A stretch of 64,000 bases of DNA from Mobula hypostoma. Lineage: Eukaryota. The notes beneath the pieces were generated by a model that made no database searches, was not told where the DNA came from, and was given only the letters and a program-made list of their open reading frames with translations. Numbering within the stretch: position 1 is the first letter of the stretch; the number at the start of each line of letters is the position of its first letter. This document shows, in pieces, positions 63,440 to 64,000 of this stretch. The translations under genes were made by a program, and so were the position numbers. Location of the stretch: positions 255,256,001-255,320,000 of the forward strand of contig NC_086097.1 of assembly GCF_963921235.1 (NCBI RefSeq). The letters run 5' to 3'.

Positions 63440-64000
63440 CTGTCTGTAATTATGTCCTGTTATCTGGCCTGCCCTTCCTAACAGTCTGACTGCACACTAT
63501 CTTTGCATTTTTACCATCAATCCTATCCTGAGTTCCTTCACGCCAGTTCCACCCCATGCCAAATTAGCTTAAACTCTTCCCAGCAGCTCTAACAAACCTG
63601 CCCACGAGAATATTGGTTCCCCGTGGATTCAGGTGCAACCCATCACTTTTGAACAGATCATACCTCCCCCAGAAGTGATCTCAGTGATCCAAGCCCTTCC
63701 CCCTGCACCAGTTTCTTGGCCACGCGTTAATTTGCCAAATCGTCCTGTTTCTACCCTCACTGGTGCGTGGCACAGGCAGCAATCCAGAAATTACTACCAA
63801 GGAGGTCCTGCTTCTCAGCTTTCTACCTAGCTCTCCAAATTCTCTTTTCAGAACCTCTTTGCTTATCTGTCCTATGTCATTGGTACCAATATGTACCAAG
63901 ACATCTGGCTGACCACTCTCCCTCTCCAAAATGCTGTGGACGTGATCTGAGGCATCCCTGACCCTTGCACCTGGGAGGCAACATACCATCAGGTGTCCCG
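63440..64000 (-). mobile_element. CR1 ORF1 esterase region (continues beyond the window)
   Basis: MVCCLPGARVRD...VHIGTNDIG...VVISGLLPVP. Confidence 0.88.

Overview
Repeat-saturated vertebrate genomic DNA. A cartilaginous fish is the likely source, inferred from the CR1 / Rex-Babar / V-SINE / Penelope mix and not proven. The only host coding sequence I can support is one 189-nt internal exon of CSPG5 (neuroglycan C) on the minus strand at 49477-49665, encoding the C-terminal half of the EGF domain, the TM helix and the juxtamembrane region. The rest of the window is therefore probably large introns. Most ORFs in the track are fragments of nested CR1 LINEs from several subfamilies; two copies retain an SGNH-esterase ORF1 plus APE-RT ORF2. 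Other elements: a two-LTR Ty3/Gypsy element lacking gag-PR and interrupted by a CR1, several solo LTRs, Rex1/Babar LINE pieces, V-SINEs, Tc1 relics, a ~2-kb minisatellite and CA/TG microsatellite fields. Main observations: (1) short palindromic Penelope-like insertions with 13-15 bp TSDs carrying a minimal hammerhead-ribozyme motif; (2) a minisatellite whose unit matches a conserved CR1 ORF2 motif; (3) the frame-symmetric CSPG5 TM exon is bracketed by closely related inverted CR1 copies. Boundaries of degraded repeats are approximate.
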